From an uncultured delta proteobacterium (GTDB taxonomy: Bacteria; Desulfobacterota; Desulfomonilia; Desulfomonilales; Desulfomonilaceae): 64,000 bases of DNA. The stretch's first letter is position 1. Each line of letters starts with the position of its first letter. A program made the translations under genes and the position numbers. Under the pieces are notes generated by a model. That model saw nothing but the letters and a program-made list of their open reading frames with translations, was not told the origin of the DNA and did not search any database. Location of the stretch: positions 1,216,001 through 1,280,000 of the forward strand of contig CAWBKB010000001.1 in assembly GCA_963789265.1 (NCBI GenBank). Direction: 5' to 3'. Below are positions 42,470 through 54,300 of the stretch, in pieces.

Positions 42470-43246
42470 ATGATCACCGCAGGAATAGACTGTGGCGCCA
42501 AAGGCACGAAAACAGTCATTCTAAAGGACGGGAAAATAATCGGAAAGGCTGCCGTGCCAACCGGATTCGAGCAAGCTCAAGCCGTCAAGGAATCCTTCGA
42601 ACTCGCGTTGAAGGATGCCGGGATAACGAAGGATCAGATAGAACACATCGGCGGCACAGGCTCCGGCGCGAAATCCATTACTGAAGCCGATATAATGGTT
42701 AATGACATCAAGGCCATGGCCATGGCCGCACATTTCTCTTTTCCCAACGCTCGAACCGTTGCAGATATTGGTGCGGAAGAAAGTCGAGTCGCAAAATGTG
42801 ACGAAAACGGGAACGTGGAGGACTTCGTCATCAACGACAAATGTGCAGCAGGCGCCGGCGCGTTTATCGAAGCCATGGGACGGGCCCTTGAGACTTCTCT
42901 CAACGAGATGGGGCCTCTGGCCTTATCCTCGAACAATCCCATCCCCATGAATGCACAATGCACTATTTTTGCCGAATCCGAAGTAGTAGGGCTCATTCAC
43001 GCCAATACTGAAAAGAAGGACATCAGCAAGGCTATTCACGATGCCATGGCGAGCCGCATCGGTTCGATGATTCGTCGCATCGGTGTTACCCCTGACATCG
43101 TTATGATCGGCGGAGTGGCGTACAATCCGGGATTCGTCAGTGCTCTCCAGAAGGAACTTGCTGTGGACAAGATCTATATCCCGGATTGTCCTGAATTCGG
43201 GGCCGCAGTGGGAGCGGCCGCGGTCGCGGCGCGGGACGGCCGATAG
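42470..43246 (+). CDS. bzdP: ASKHA ATPase activator subunit, benzoyl-CoA reductase BzdP-like
   Basis: AGIDCG, DIGAEE, NDKCAAGAG, QCTIFAESE. Confidence 0.8.
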   Translation: MITAGIDCGAKGTKTVILKDGKIIGKAAVPTGFEQAQAVKESFELALKDAGITKDQIEHIGGTGSGAKSITEADIMVNDIKAMAMAAHFSFPNARTVADIGAEESRVAKCDENGNVEDFVINDKCAAGAGAFIEAMGRALETSLNEMGPLALSSNNPIPMNAQCTIFAESEVVGLIHANTEKKDISKAIHDAMASRIGSMIRRIGVTPDIVMIGGVAYNPGFVSALQKELAVDKIYIPDCPEFGAAVGAAAVAARDGR

Positions 43247-43279
43247 CAAGTATAGAAAGCGAGATCGAAGGATATACTC

Positions 43280-44167
43280 ATGGCTGAGGAACAAAAACGG
43301 GAATTCTGGAGGTGGTCAGAAACCAACTGGGTTGATCCCGATATAAAGTGGGAGGATGCCGAGTTCATCACAGTAGGGATTGATGTGGGATCGGTCAGTT
43401 CTCAAGCGGTAGTGATGGCTGACGGTCAATTCTATGCTTATGGCAACATGAGGACCGGCTCCGACAGCCCTAACAGCGCTCGAAACGCCCTCAAGTTTGC
43501 CCTGGAGAATACCACTTTAACCGAAGACAAGATCCATTATTGCATCGGCACCGGCTATGGGCGCGTCAACGTCCCGATGGCCGACAGAACCGTAACCGAA
43601 ATCGCTTGCCATGCAAGAGGGGCCAACTTCATCTACGGTCCCGCTGTACGGACCGTGCTGGATGTCGGAGGGCAGGACATCAAAGCCATCCGCTGTGATG
43701 ATAAAGGGAAGGTGACCAACTTCTTGATGAATGACAAGTGCGCGGCAGGAACCGGCCGAGGGATGGAGGTACTTTCAGATCTCCTCTCCGTGCCGATTGG
43801 TGATGTGGGTGACAGATCTTTTCAGATCGCCCACGAACCGAAACCTGTTTCGAGCACATGTGTGGTTTACGCCAAGTCCGAAGCGACAAGCCTGTTGCGG
43901 AAAGGACTTGATACCAATGAAGTCCTGGCTGCGTACTGCTCGGCAATGGCTGACAGAATCTACTCTCTTCTGGAGCGCGTCGGCGTGGAGCCGGAATTCG
44001 CCATAACCGGCGGCATGGCCAAGAATCGCGGAGTTGTCGACAGGCTGAAGAAAAAGTTGGGCCTGGAACCCATGAAGACCAAATGGGACACACAATTGGC
44101 CGGCGCGGCCGGCGCAGCACTATTCGGCCATGCTCTCTGCAAGAAGGGCAGAGCACGCGGTGAGTAG
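43280..44167 (+). CDS. bzdQ: Benzoyl-CoA reductase Bzd-type subunit Q-like
   Basis: EFWRW.E..W N-extension, GIDVGSVSSQAV, GTGYGR, EIACHARG, MNDKCAAGTG. Confidence 0.85.
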   Translation: MAEEQKREFWRWSETNWVDPDIKWEDAEFITVGIDVGSVSSQAVVMADGQFYAYGNMRTGSDSPNSARNALKFALENTTLTEDKIHYCIGTGYGRVNVPMADRTVTEIACHARGANFIYGPAVRTVLDVGGQDIKAIRCDDKGKVTNFLMNDKCAAGTGRGMEVLSDLLSVPIGDVGDRSFQIAHEPKPVSSTCVVYAKSEATSLLRKGLDTNEVLAAYCSAMADRIYSLLERVGVEPEFAITGGMAKNRGVVDRLKKKLGLEPMKTKWDTQLAGAAGAALFGHALCKKGRARGE

Positions 44168-44408
44168 AGGACCTGTGCACGCATCCGGTAGGCCAGTGGG
44201 CCCACAGGGGTGGCCTCAAGTTCCAGTTCCCCTCCTCCACCATTAGATTGCTAGTGGGGCGGACTTTCCAGTCCGCCAAATCGCAGACAGGAAAGTCTGC
44301 GCCACAAGCTAGTTCCTGCGCGTAACTGAATAGCAACAAGTGGCGACTCAGGGACACCCTTCGCGGCCATGGTGACCCCCGGCCCATTCAAGAGACAGGA
44401 ATGAAATC

Positions 44409-44699
44409 ATGCTCGCTAACTACGGTTATAGTGACGGTTCAGGGAATTATTTCGTCACCATCGACACGGACAAGTGCAATGGTTGCCGTGATTGCGTGAC
44501 TGCCTGCCCCGCCGAGATCTTCGAGGTGGTGGACGAGGACCCGAACGATCCCATGAACGAGGAGCCTCTTGCCGTTGTCAGGCAAGACAAGAAGAAAAAG
44601 CTCAAGTACGAATGCGGTCCGTGCAAACCCCCGAAGGACAGACCCGAGCTTCCATGTATGGCGGCGTGCAAGGCCGGCGCTATCTCACACTCCTGGTAG
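44409..44699 (+). CDS. bzdM: 4Fe-4S ferredoxin, BzdM-like
   Basis: ANYGYSDGSG.YF.TIDTDKCNGCRDCVTACP...CGPC...C..AC...AISHSW. Confidence 0.8.
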   Translation: MLANYGYSDGSGNYFVTIDTDKCNGCRDCVTACPAEIFEVVDEDPNDPMNEEPLAVVRQDKKKKLKYECGPCKPPKDRPELPCMAACKAGAISHSW

Positions 44700-45262
44700 A
44701 GCAGTTGCCAAAAATAATGTCCAATTGGAAAAACGAGATGAAGACCCCAGGAAGCCCGCCGACGGGCCTCCCCCCTCGTCATTCCGGCCAGCTCCGGACC
44801 GGAGTCCGGGGCAAGAGCCGGAATCCAGAATCTGGACTCCGGATCGGAGTCCGGGGTGACGGACTCACTACCCCAAATCGGACAAAAATTTTGGCAATTG
44901 CTATAAGTGCATGCGGCGGAACAAAACGGAGGGGACAGACAAGGTGGCCGGTCCTACCGGAGGGGGGGTTAGGTCTTCGAGCGTCGTCCGCATCAAAATA
45001 CGCGACCGAAGCTATGAAGGAGGGCATTGAGCGCCGTCTCTCATTCTCCGATTCTCACTAATTGGAGAGCCGGACGAACACGTAGCTGAAGAATGAGATA
45101 TAATGGACAAAAGAGAATGCCTCGTTAGTCGTCAAGGTTTTCCCATCGCACGTTTTTCCCTTCGTCGCTGCGACCGGCGGGCATTCTCTATAATAATTTA
45201 GTCATATTGGACACGAAAGAGCCGAGTTGTCAGCGTCGTGAATATTCGTTTGAGGAGGTACT

Positions 45263-45826
45263 ATGATCAGGCAGGTTGAATACTTTGAGAAGCCCGGTAG
45301 GGAAAACACGTCTCGGTGTTTGGAGATAGTCTCCGGGCTTGTAGATGAAGGTTTCTCCCATCTCGTTGTGGCCACGACTGCGGGCGAAACCGGGTTGCTG
45401 TTCGCCAAGAAATTCGAGGGGAGGGCCTTGAGTATCGTGGCGGTTACACACAACGTAGGCTATGCAGGGCCAAATCAGGATGAATGCCCTGCTCAAGCAA
45501 GGCAGGAGTTGACCCGTCTCGGTGTCAAGATCTTCACCGGAGCCATTCTCAGTCGTGGAATCGAAGCCTCCTTCATGAAAAGGCATCAGGGGGTCTATTT
45601 GGGCTACATTGTCGCTCAAACGCTGAGACTGCTGGGCCAGGGCATAAAGGTTTGCGTTGAGATTGTTGTGGAAGCCTGCGACGCTGGCATGATACCGGAA
45701 GGGGAAGATATAATCGCGGTTGCCGGGACCGGAAAAGGCGCGGACACCGTGGCTATAGTCCAAGCTCATCCGTCCGACCGATTTCTTGACGTGCGGATCA
45801 GGCAAATCGTAGCCAAACCTTTATGA
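45263..45826 (+). CDS. Pyruvate-kinase C-terminal-like (PK_C) stand-alone protein
   Basis: YFEKPGRENT, VVATTAGETG, GQGIKVCVEI, GTGKGADT. Confidence 0.8.
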   Translation: MIRQVEYFEKPGRENTSRCLEIVSGLVDEGFSHLVVATTAGETGLLFAKKFEGRALSIVAVTHNVGYAGPNQDECPAQARQELTRLGVKIFTGAILSRGIEASFMKRHQGVYLGYIVAQTLRLLGQGIKVCVEIVVEACDAGMIPEGEDIIAVAGTGKGADTVAIVQAHPSDRFLDVRIRQIVAKPL

Positions 45827-45938
45827 CACGCCGTGAAGACCGAGAGATCTGTTATTGGAAGCCGGACGGAGCGAGATTTTCTTCTTCGGCATGACGATAG
45901 CGTAAGAACTTCTTCTCAACCTGTGAAAGGAGTAGCCT

Positions 45939-46511
45939 GTGGATCTACACACTGCCATAACGGGACGCCGGAGCTGTCGCAACTTCTTGCCGGATGCCCT
46001 GAGCAAGGAAAACATTGAGCAGCTTCTTGAAGCCGCCACCTGGGCACCCTCTCCGGCCAACAATCAGCCGTGGGAATTCATGGTCATTGCCAGCCCCGAG
46101 CTCAAGGCAAAAATCTTTGCAGAAGCGGAAAACCGGCGACGGATGCTCTATGAGAAGAGCGGCTGGAAATGGCTGAACCGCTATGAAGTGGGCTTTATCA
46201 AAGAAGTGCCTGTGATTCTGGCCGTGATTGGAGATCCGAAGAAATCCGGGGCTGACATGTTCCTGAAGGATGGCGGCGTGGCCTACCAGCACACGTGCGC
46301 CGCGGCCATCCAGAATATTCTCTTGACGGCTCATTCCCTCGGTCTTGGAACCCTGTGGTTCACGCTGTTTGAGAAAGACGCTCTCCGCGAGATACTGAGC
46401 ATAGAACCGGAAAAAGATCCTTTAGCATTGATCTGTGTGGGCAAACCGGCAGGCGAACCGTTCCAGACTCCCAGAAAGACTGTTCAGGAAAAGACTACTT
46501 ACCGAGAGTAA
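45939..46511 (+). CDS. Nitroreductase family protein
   Basis: RRSCRNF, APSPANNQPWEF, AAIQNILLTAHSLGLGT. Confidence 0.93.
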   Translation: MDLHTAITGRRSCRNFLPDALSKENIEQLLEAATWAPSPANNQPWEFMVIASPELKAKIFAEAENRRRMLYEKSGWKWLNRYEVGFIKEVPVILAVIGDPKKSGADMFLKDGGVAYQHTCAAAIQNILLTAHSLGLGTLWFTLFEKDALREILSIEPEKDPLALICVGKPAGEPFQTPRKTVQEKTTYRE

Positions 46512-46737
46512 AGTGAAAGAGTAAGTCAAGCTGACAGTTACAGAGAGGGTAGGGCGGGCGTTCCGGAGCCGGCCTCCCGCTTTCCGTGAGCCATTTTGAA
46601 CGGGACTAATACTGATTCGCTTTCAAACAAGTGACACCGTGTTTCTGGTAGGGGCGGGTTTCAAACCCGCCCTTACATGTCGTCATGCCCGCGTACGCGT
46701 CCCGCGCGGGATGCTCCACCATATCCTCCCGGGATTG

Positions 46738-48947
46738 TTACTTGTGTGATAGCCCACTGGCATAAGGTAATCTTGCCAACGGCTTCCTGGGCACCAATTT
46801 TCCCATTGGTACTTTCTCAATAGCGCCATTAGTACCAGGAAAGAACACCGACATGGGGGATCTTAGGACAGGCCAATTGCCCTTCAAAACATTTACCGCC
46901 TTATCGCCCTCGAATACGAGATAGCTGTAGTTGTGGTAGTGCGGGAGTTTTCGTGCCAGCTCGCGGATGGCATCGGCCCGGTCACTGCCAATCCATGTCA
47001 AGGCAAGCTTGCTGTTTTTCGGATCCCTGACGGTCATGGCCACTGAGTGCCCCGTTTTCGGGACTCGATTTTCTCCAAGCGCCAAGATGTCGTGTTCGAG
47101 TCCGACGCCATATTTCGCCAATGGTGGAAACATTTGACTGCGAAAACGATTTTCCCATCCGAGAATTACGACTGAGGCATCCGATGGCAGTGTGTGCATT
47201 TCCGAATCCCTAACGACCTTCACCTCATCCGGGCCGGACTCACGCCAGGCTTGCGCGAGCCCTTGAAATGCCTTCATCAGGGTATCCGTGGCGGTGGACG
47301 GGAGCACTATCGTGAGTCTCTTGGCCCCGAAAACCTGCGACAACGCGGGGGGAACTTCTTCCGGCGAAAGCCTGCGGAAAAGGTCGAATTCTGGGTCCAC
47401 ATCTATCCGCAGAGGCAAGAGAGGTAACCTGAATTCCGCTTGGTGCCGCCTCTTCGTCATGCGCACCACGGTCTGATACGCACGATCTTGTCTCTTCATG
47501 GTTATCGCCACCGAAATATTCAAGCAGTAAGGTGCATCGGGCTGAACCTGTTCAAAAAGCACTTTGGCAAGATAACCCTTTCGTTCAGTCGTCACCCTGG
47601 CGTTACTTATCCTCAATTGCGGGGCGCCGGGTCTATCAATCCACTGGTGGAACACTCTGCTAAGATCTTTCCCGGAAACCGTTTCAAGGCTCTTGCGTAT
47701 GTCATCGAACGAGGCAAATTTAAATTTGTAGTTTTGGTAGAACCCGCGCAAACCCTTGACAAAAGCGTCGTCTCCGAGTTCCGTCCGCAACATGTGGAAA
47801 AACATGAGAGCCTTTCCATAGCCAATCGCTTCGGTGGCGGTACTGTGGCGAGATCTGAATTTGGTCAGCGGAAAATCTTTCCCTTGGGACACGTAGTCCG
47901 CGAACTTCTGTAAGACATCCCGTCGATACAGGCGTGCGGTGCCTCGCTGTTCCTGCATGAGATGATCGGCAAGGTATGCAGTCAGTCCCTCTGACCAATT
48001 TCCATTTCTCGAGTCGGGAAAGACGCCGTTCCCCCACCAATTGTGCAATATTTCATGAGGATAGGATGTGTAGACAATGAATGGCAGGCGGATCACTTTC
48101 GGCCCCATGAGTGTGAAGGACGGCATTCCATAACCTGTCTCCCAGAAATTCTCCACCAGTGCAAACTTCTTGTACGCATACGGCCCGATCATCTTTTCGT
48201 ACATGTCGAGGTATCGAGCGGCAGCAGCGAGATACGTGTCGGCAATTTTTCGGTCGTCCTCGCGCAAAAAGACCATCAATTCAATGTCTCCAGCCGCCCG
48301 GGCGTATTCAAAAAATCTTGCAGCAACAGCGAAGATCTCTTCCTGGGGATGTTCACATCGCCAGGTCACGCATTTGACATCGCCTTCCACCTGGTGTGAT
48401 GTGCGTTTCCCTGGCTCACGACGTCCCAGTCTCGTGGCAAATTGACTTCGAGGGTGAATGTTATCAACCCCTCCCCGAATTGGGGATACCAGTGCGAAAC
48501 TCCGGCTAGAAATACTCCTTCTTTTGAAATCATGCCTGGAGTGTCCCGCATACCTCCTGCGATTTCCTGTCCCGAAGTAGAGAGCGGATGGTAGATTTCT
48601 CCATCGAATTTGAGAACGAATGTCCTCGTACCCTCCGGCAGAGTGACACGGTAAGACTCAATCGGAACCTCTTGTTGCCCTCCGGACTCCCGAACTGCGG
48701 TCACGTTGGGTGTCAGAGAGACCGGTTCAAGTCCCTTGTGCAACGAGAAGTGAAGGACCCGCGGCCGGCTTTCAGGAACCGTGATCGTATCTTCAGCAGT
48801 GAAACGACGGCCTTCGGGGTCTAAAAAAACCTTGAGTTCATGATTGATGAGCGAATTGTCCCGGGACGAGTCATTTGCGACCGCAATTTCAGGCTTCACG
48901 ATCGCCGGCAAGAGCAAAACCAGCATAGTGAAAAGCACTCTTCGCAT
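46738..48947 (-). CDS. Exported M1 family metallo-aminopeptidase (frameshift ~48405)
   Basis: Signal peptide; GYGMP, HEILHNWWGN...NWSEG. Confidence 0.9.
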
Positions 48948-49061
48948 TGGATACTTTCATTTCCCTTCGCCACGGTCTCACCAATCACCCCCATTGATCC
49001 CCCTGTGGCGATCCGTTATGATAATCATGACACCGAATCAATCAAGGGGATTTGGGGCTTG

Positions 49062-49748
49062 TCAAGACTCTTCTTCCGACGACACTTCGATACAATCAGG
49101 AGCATCATAGCCGGCTTTGTTCACTTTGGGGTTGGCCGGAAGTGCTACCATCTCGTTCGATGGATAGGGGCGCAGGAGAGGATTCAATATCTTGGGTTCC
49201 TTGACCTCTGTGTCAAGCCACAGGTCATAGTCCTCCGGTTTGAGTATCACCGGCATCCGGTCATGGATAGGTCGAGTCAAATCGTTGGCATCGGTAGTGA
49301 GAATTGTACACGATTCGATGGTCTCACCCTCCGGTCCCTTCCAGCTTTCCCAAAGCCCCGCGAAAGCAAAGGGACTTCCCTCAGCATTTCTGACAAGATA
49401 GGGTTGTTTCTGTTTTCCTTCTGTCTTCTTCCATTCATAAAAACCGTCTGCAGGTACAAGGCATCTCCTGGTCTTGAAAGCTGACCTAAACGCCGGTTTC
49501 TCCGCGGCACTTTCTCCCCTTGCGTTTATGAGTCTATTTCCAATTGAGGTGTCCTTAGCCCAAAACGGGATGAGACCCCATTTGACCTGTACCAAGCGTC
49601 TCTGAAGCGTATCCCGGTCTAGTCTTATTATCACTACCATCTGCGTGGGAGCGATGTTGTAGCGAGGTTGCAGATCGGGGACTTCTTCCAGCCCGAAACG
49701 TTCCGCCAGGTCTTTGGCTAGCGTCATCAGTACCAATCTCCCGCACAT
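49062..49748 (-). CDS. SOS response-associated peptidase (SRAP/YedK/HMCES family)
   Basis: MCGR N-terminus, RYNIAPTQ, INAR, GFYEW, IHDRMP. Confidence 0.95.
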   Translation of the reverse strand: MCGRLVLMTLAKDLAERFGLEEVPDLQPRYNIAPTQMVVIIRLDRDTLQRRLVQVKWGLIPFWAKDTSIGNRLINARGESAAEKPAFRSAFKTRRCLVPADGFYEWKKTEGKQKQPYLVRNAEGSPFAFAGLWESWKGPEGETIESCTILTTDANDLTRPIHDRMPVILKPEDYDLWLDTEVKEPKILNPLLRPYPSNEMVALPANPKVNKAGYDAPDCIEVSSEEES

Positions 49749-49832
49749 TTTGGATTCCCCAAGCAAAGAATTCCATTTCCAGACTATAACATTATGCATT
49801 ATAAAGGAGTTTTACAATTAGAGGAGGTAACT

Positions 49833-50126
49833 GTGGCACTGACCAAGGCAGGCATAGCCCCAAAAGTCGCCAATGACTGCGGGTTCATGAAAGACCAAGC
49901 GATGGAAATGGTTGAAAAATTGCTAGAAATCATGAAGAAGAGTCTCATCGCTGGGGAAAACGTAATCATTTCTGGCTGCAGTAAGTGGAATGTCAGATCC
50001 AAACACGCTCGGAGGGGTAGGAACTCCAAGACCGGCGAGGAGATGGTGCTTGATCCCCGGAGGGTTGTGACGAGGAGTTATTCTCCTTGCTCGAAGATCG
50101 CTGTAAATAGGGGCTTGAAGAAATGA
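49833..50126 (+). CDS. IHF/HU family protein, degenerate
   Basis: GAGGAGG SD + GTG; ALTKA, GENVIISG, ARRGRN.KTGE; GFG and RNP motifs altered. Confidence 0.75.
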   Translation: MALTKAGIAPKVANDCGFMKDQAMEMVEKLLEIMKKSLIAGENVIISGCSKWNVRSKHARRGRNSKTGEEMVLDPRRVVTRSYSPCSKIAVNRGLKK

Positions 50127-50509
50127 AGAAAAGAGAAAGTGTGAAGCGAGATTTCACGGAAAACATGATAAACCACGCGGTCCTCAATCATTGGTGGGAA
50201 CTCGTTCGGGCTGTGGAGTCCATACGAAACAACAGGGATGACCGGCTAGCCGGTTTTAATCTTGGCACAGCAATCCAAGGTCTTATATGTCTGAGCCTTG
50301 AATATGGAACTCATCGGTTATTGAAGGCTCTGCCACCTGAACAAAGGCACCGGTTGGAAACCATCATAGTAGATGGGACAGAGTTAGCCAGAGATGCTTT
50401 TGAAAATGGGACGCCTCTTTTTGAGGGGATGGATTTCCCCACGGCAGACAGCATTTTTGAACTCATTTCAGGAATAAGCCTTCGGAATTATGCGCTTGAC
50501 AAGCCCTGA
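50123..50509 (+). CDS. Hypothetical protein
   Basis: 128-aa ORF overlapping the IHF-like stop (ATGA). Confidence 0.6.
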   Translation: MKKRESVKRDFTENMINHAVLNHWWELVRAVESIRNNRDDRLAGFNLGTAIQGLICLSLEYGTHRLLKALPPEQRHRLETIIVDGTELARDAFENGTPLFEGMDFPTADSIFELISGISLRNYALDKP

Positions 50510-50872
50510 GGCCAGCCAAACGGATACTTGTCAAAGAACCTCTCTCCACGAGAAGTACAGGCTACCGTGTGTTGTACGTATCCTGTAGGCCCGCCCAAAG
50601 CCGTCTCGGTCCACAAATGCCCCATCGGTTGGGGAGGCCAGGATCGCCGCTAAAATCCTTGCCGCAAATCTCATCATGGTAACCAGCTTGTTCATTTGCC
50701 GACTCCCCTCCCGTCGAAGTCTCGTCGTTGTCCTCATTTGTCGTAATCGGCCAAGGCAGGTGACACAAGGTATGCCAACGGAGAAAAATAGATGTACTTC
50801 GGGATCTTCCGCGACGCTCCGCCCGTATCCTGTAACCCTTCAGTTACAGGCGGCGGATGCTCCATCCGGCCA

Positions 50873-50952
50873 TGTCATTGCGAGCGCAGCGAAGCAATCT
50901 CCCAGCCTGTCCAAGAGGGGATTGCTTCGTCGTTTCACTCCTCGCAATGACA
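50873..50952. repeat. TGTCATTGCGAG palindromic element
   Basis: Uninterrupted copy of the family. Confidence 0.9.
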
Positions 50953-51311
50953 CCGTCGACAGAATTCTCCCCGCGGAATTGAATGCTTGCTGTATCCTGC
51001 AAATAAGCCTTTACAATTCAAGTTATTAAAGACATACTACGCACCGCAGGGTTCTCCCAGGAATAACAACCAATACGATTCCGATTTTCCAGAGGGGGTA
51101 TTCATGAACGGACGTAGGCACTGGTTCAGTTGATGAGGGTGGCTCGAACGTTCATCTTTTGCCTATAGGGGATTCTTTCCGCCATTATCCGGTGTCACGT
51201 TTCATTCGCAAATACGACTAAAGAGTTTTGATGTCCGAATAATCTGATCCGAAGATAAGGTTCACGCTGGTTTATGAGGGAAACCACTCAAGGATGTTTC
51301 AGGAGGCTGCC

Positions 51312-54300
51312 ATGTTCAAGCGAATCGTAATTGTCCTGGTAATAGTGGCTGCGCTTTGCGTTCTTTCGTCATCCCCAACCGTGATGGCCCAGTCCAGGAA
51401 CGATGCCTTTCGTCTCCACAACGAAGCCGTCCGATTGTACAAAAAAGCCCAATCCAATGAGGACGTGAAGAGGGCTGTCCAGAAGTTCGAAGAAGCGGCA
51501 CGCATATACAGAAAGGTCGGGTATCCGCGAGGCGAAGGACAAGTCCTGAACAACCTCGGAGTCGTCTACCATGACAGGGACCAGTACGCCAAGGCAGTAG
51601 AGTATTATGAGAAGGCTCTGCAGATTGACCAAAACCTTGGTAACGTACGGGGACAAGGGATGACCCTGATGAACCTGGGTAACGTCTATTTGGATCAGGG
51701 CCAGTACGCTAAGGCAGTTCAGTATTATGAGAAGGCTCTAGAGATAAGCAGGAAGACCGGAGACGTCCGGACCCAAGGGCAAACCCTGGAGAACCTTGGT
51801 ATTGTCTACATGCAATGGGGTCAATATCCCAGGGCAGTGCGGTACCATGAGAAATCTCTGGAGATTATGAAAAGAGTTGGAGATGCAAGAGTGGAAGGGA
51901 ACATCCTGGGCAACTTGGGCGAGGTCTTCATGCGTTGGGGTCAATATGCCAAGGCCGTGGAGTATTTTGAGAAGTCTTTGAGGATAGCCAAAAAGGTTGG
52001 GGATGTTAAGACTGACGCGAAAGCCCTGGTGGGCCTCGGTTTGGTCTATAATGACTGGGGCCAGTACGCCAAGGCAGTAGAGTATTATGAGAAGGCTCTG
52101 CAGATTTACAAGAAGGTTGGGAAGGTAAGCGGAGAAGGGGTTGCCCTGGGCAACCTCGGTAATGTCTACGGGAGCTGGGGTCAATATGCCAAGGCGGTGG
52201 AGTATCATGAGAAGGCTCTGGCGATAGTCAGAAAGGTTGGGGATGTTAAGGGAGAAGGGCAAGAGCTGAACAACCTCGGTAGCGTCTATAGTGACTGGGG
52301 TCAATATGCCAAAGCCGTGGAGTATTTCGAGAAGGCTCTGGATATAACCAGGAAAATTGGAAACGTCGAGACTGAAGGGATAGCACTGGTATCCCTCGGT
52401 ACCGTCTATGGAGACTGGGGTCAATATGCCAAAGCCGTGGAGTATTTCGAGAAGGCCCTGGAGATTGACAAGAAGATTGGGGACGTACCCGGAGAGAGCT
52501 ATGTGCTTGGCAACCTCGGTATAGTCTATAGAGAGTGCGGTCAATATGCGAAAGCTGTGGAGCATTATGAGAAGGCTCTGCTGATAGCCATAAAGTTAGG
52601 GGATGTTCAGTCAGAAGCGACAGCCCTGCACCACCTCGGTCTCGTCTATGCAAGTCAAGGTCAATACTCGGAGGCCCTGACTAATTTCCAAAAAGCACTT
52701 GAGATGTTGAAAAGGATCGAGGTGCCCGCCAATCGGCTCAAGGATTCAATAGGCAATCTCTACCTCGACAAGGGTGACTTGGCAAGGGCCGAGCCGTTTA
52801 TCAGGGAGTCAGGAGATGCCGATTCCCTGGGACGACTCGCTCTCCTGAGGTCGGATTACACCAAAGCAAAGGGTCACTATGAGGAACTCCGCCAATCCGC
52901 AGATAAGAACCGAGCTGCATCCAGCCTCTTCACAGCATATACCGGCATCGGAATGGCATGTGAAGGGCTTGGAGACCTTCCAGGCGCAGCAGAGCATTTT
53001 CGCAAGGCTATCGATTACACGGAGGAGCTGCGTGCCGGTCTGAGTCCTGCCGAGAAAGCGGAGTTCTACAACGTCAGGGTCAGCGGCTTTTACAGAACCG
53101 CTCCGTACGAGGGCCTTGCCCGAGTGCTGGTGAAACTCAACAAGCCTCTGGATGCATTAAAGGAATCCGAATACACCAGAGCCCGTATGTTTGCCGAACG
53201 CATCTCAAAGCGAGCAGAAGGGTCTGCTCCGCACATTCCACAGGACGTGCGGGAAAAAGATTCTCACCTCAATCACAGTCTCGCTGCTTTGAGCAAAAAT
53301 CTCCAGAAAGCGTACGAGAAGCAGAACAAAGAGGTCATAGCCGCGCTTGAGCCCCAGGTGAAAACGGCCAAAGAAAACCTTGCCGCGCACATTGACATGC
53401 TCCGCAAACAGTATCCTCTCTTTGCCGCAACCAAGTACCCGGAACCGATGGGTTTGGATCAAACTGGCCTGAAAGATAACGAATGGGTGTTGGCGTACCA
53501 TGTTACGGACCCCGGTATCATCATCTACCTCACTAAAGGGAAGAATCTCGTAAAGGCGCTGTACAAACCGACTCCAAGAAAAGAGATTGACGAACTGGTC
53601 CGGAAGTTCCGCCAACCGATGGAACTTGGGCCGGATGATTCTCTCGCAAAGAAACTCAGTCAATTTGACTTCAAAACCGGTAAGAAACTATCGGACATTC
53701 TTCTTTCCGACATCCCTCCTGTCCTGCCCAAGAATACTCCGGTTATCATTGTCCCTGATGGTTCTCTCGGTGTCGTGCCGTTCGAGATGCTCGTCTTAAA
53801 CGATGGTGGAAAGATCGTAACAGACAATAAAAGACCTCAGACCTCAGGTGCTGAATTCTTCGGCGATCGCAACCCGATTTCGTATTACCAGTCGATCACG
53901 GCCCTGACTCTCGCCCGTACCCTTGGAAAACAACATAAACTCGGCGAAAAACTGCTCGTGATGGTGGACCCTGTTTTTTCTAGTGACGATCCTCGTCTGG
54001 TCAAACTTGCCAAACAGGAGAAGGACAGGCTTTTGGCTACTCTTCCAAAAGACCTCACCATGTCTATCGAGAGTGAGAGTGGGCTTACTTTTCCCCGGCT
54101 TCCGCTCACCGCTGAACTCGGCGAGTCCTTGAAGCAATCCGACCCTTCTAAGACCGATCTGTACGAAGGAATGACCGCCAAAAAGTCGGTCCTTCTAGGA
54201 AAAGACCTTACTCCGTACCGCTCCGTGGTGTTCGGCACACATGGGTATTTCGGGAAAGACCTTCCCGGAATACAAGAGCCTGTGCTGGTGCTCAGCCTTG

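Noticed and set aside
45003..45132. Long imperfect hairpin (TCTCATTCT/AGAATGAGA, GGCATT/AATGCC) as a possible 6S-like RNA
   Set aside because: No recognisable 6S motifs, promoter or terminator; would need a covariance search
51530..52730. CRISPR-like periodic repeat with variable spacers
   Set aside because: The period is 120 bp, in frame, inside a TPR coding region; no cas genes or leader
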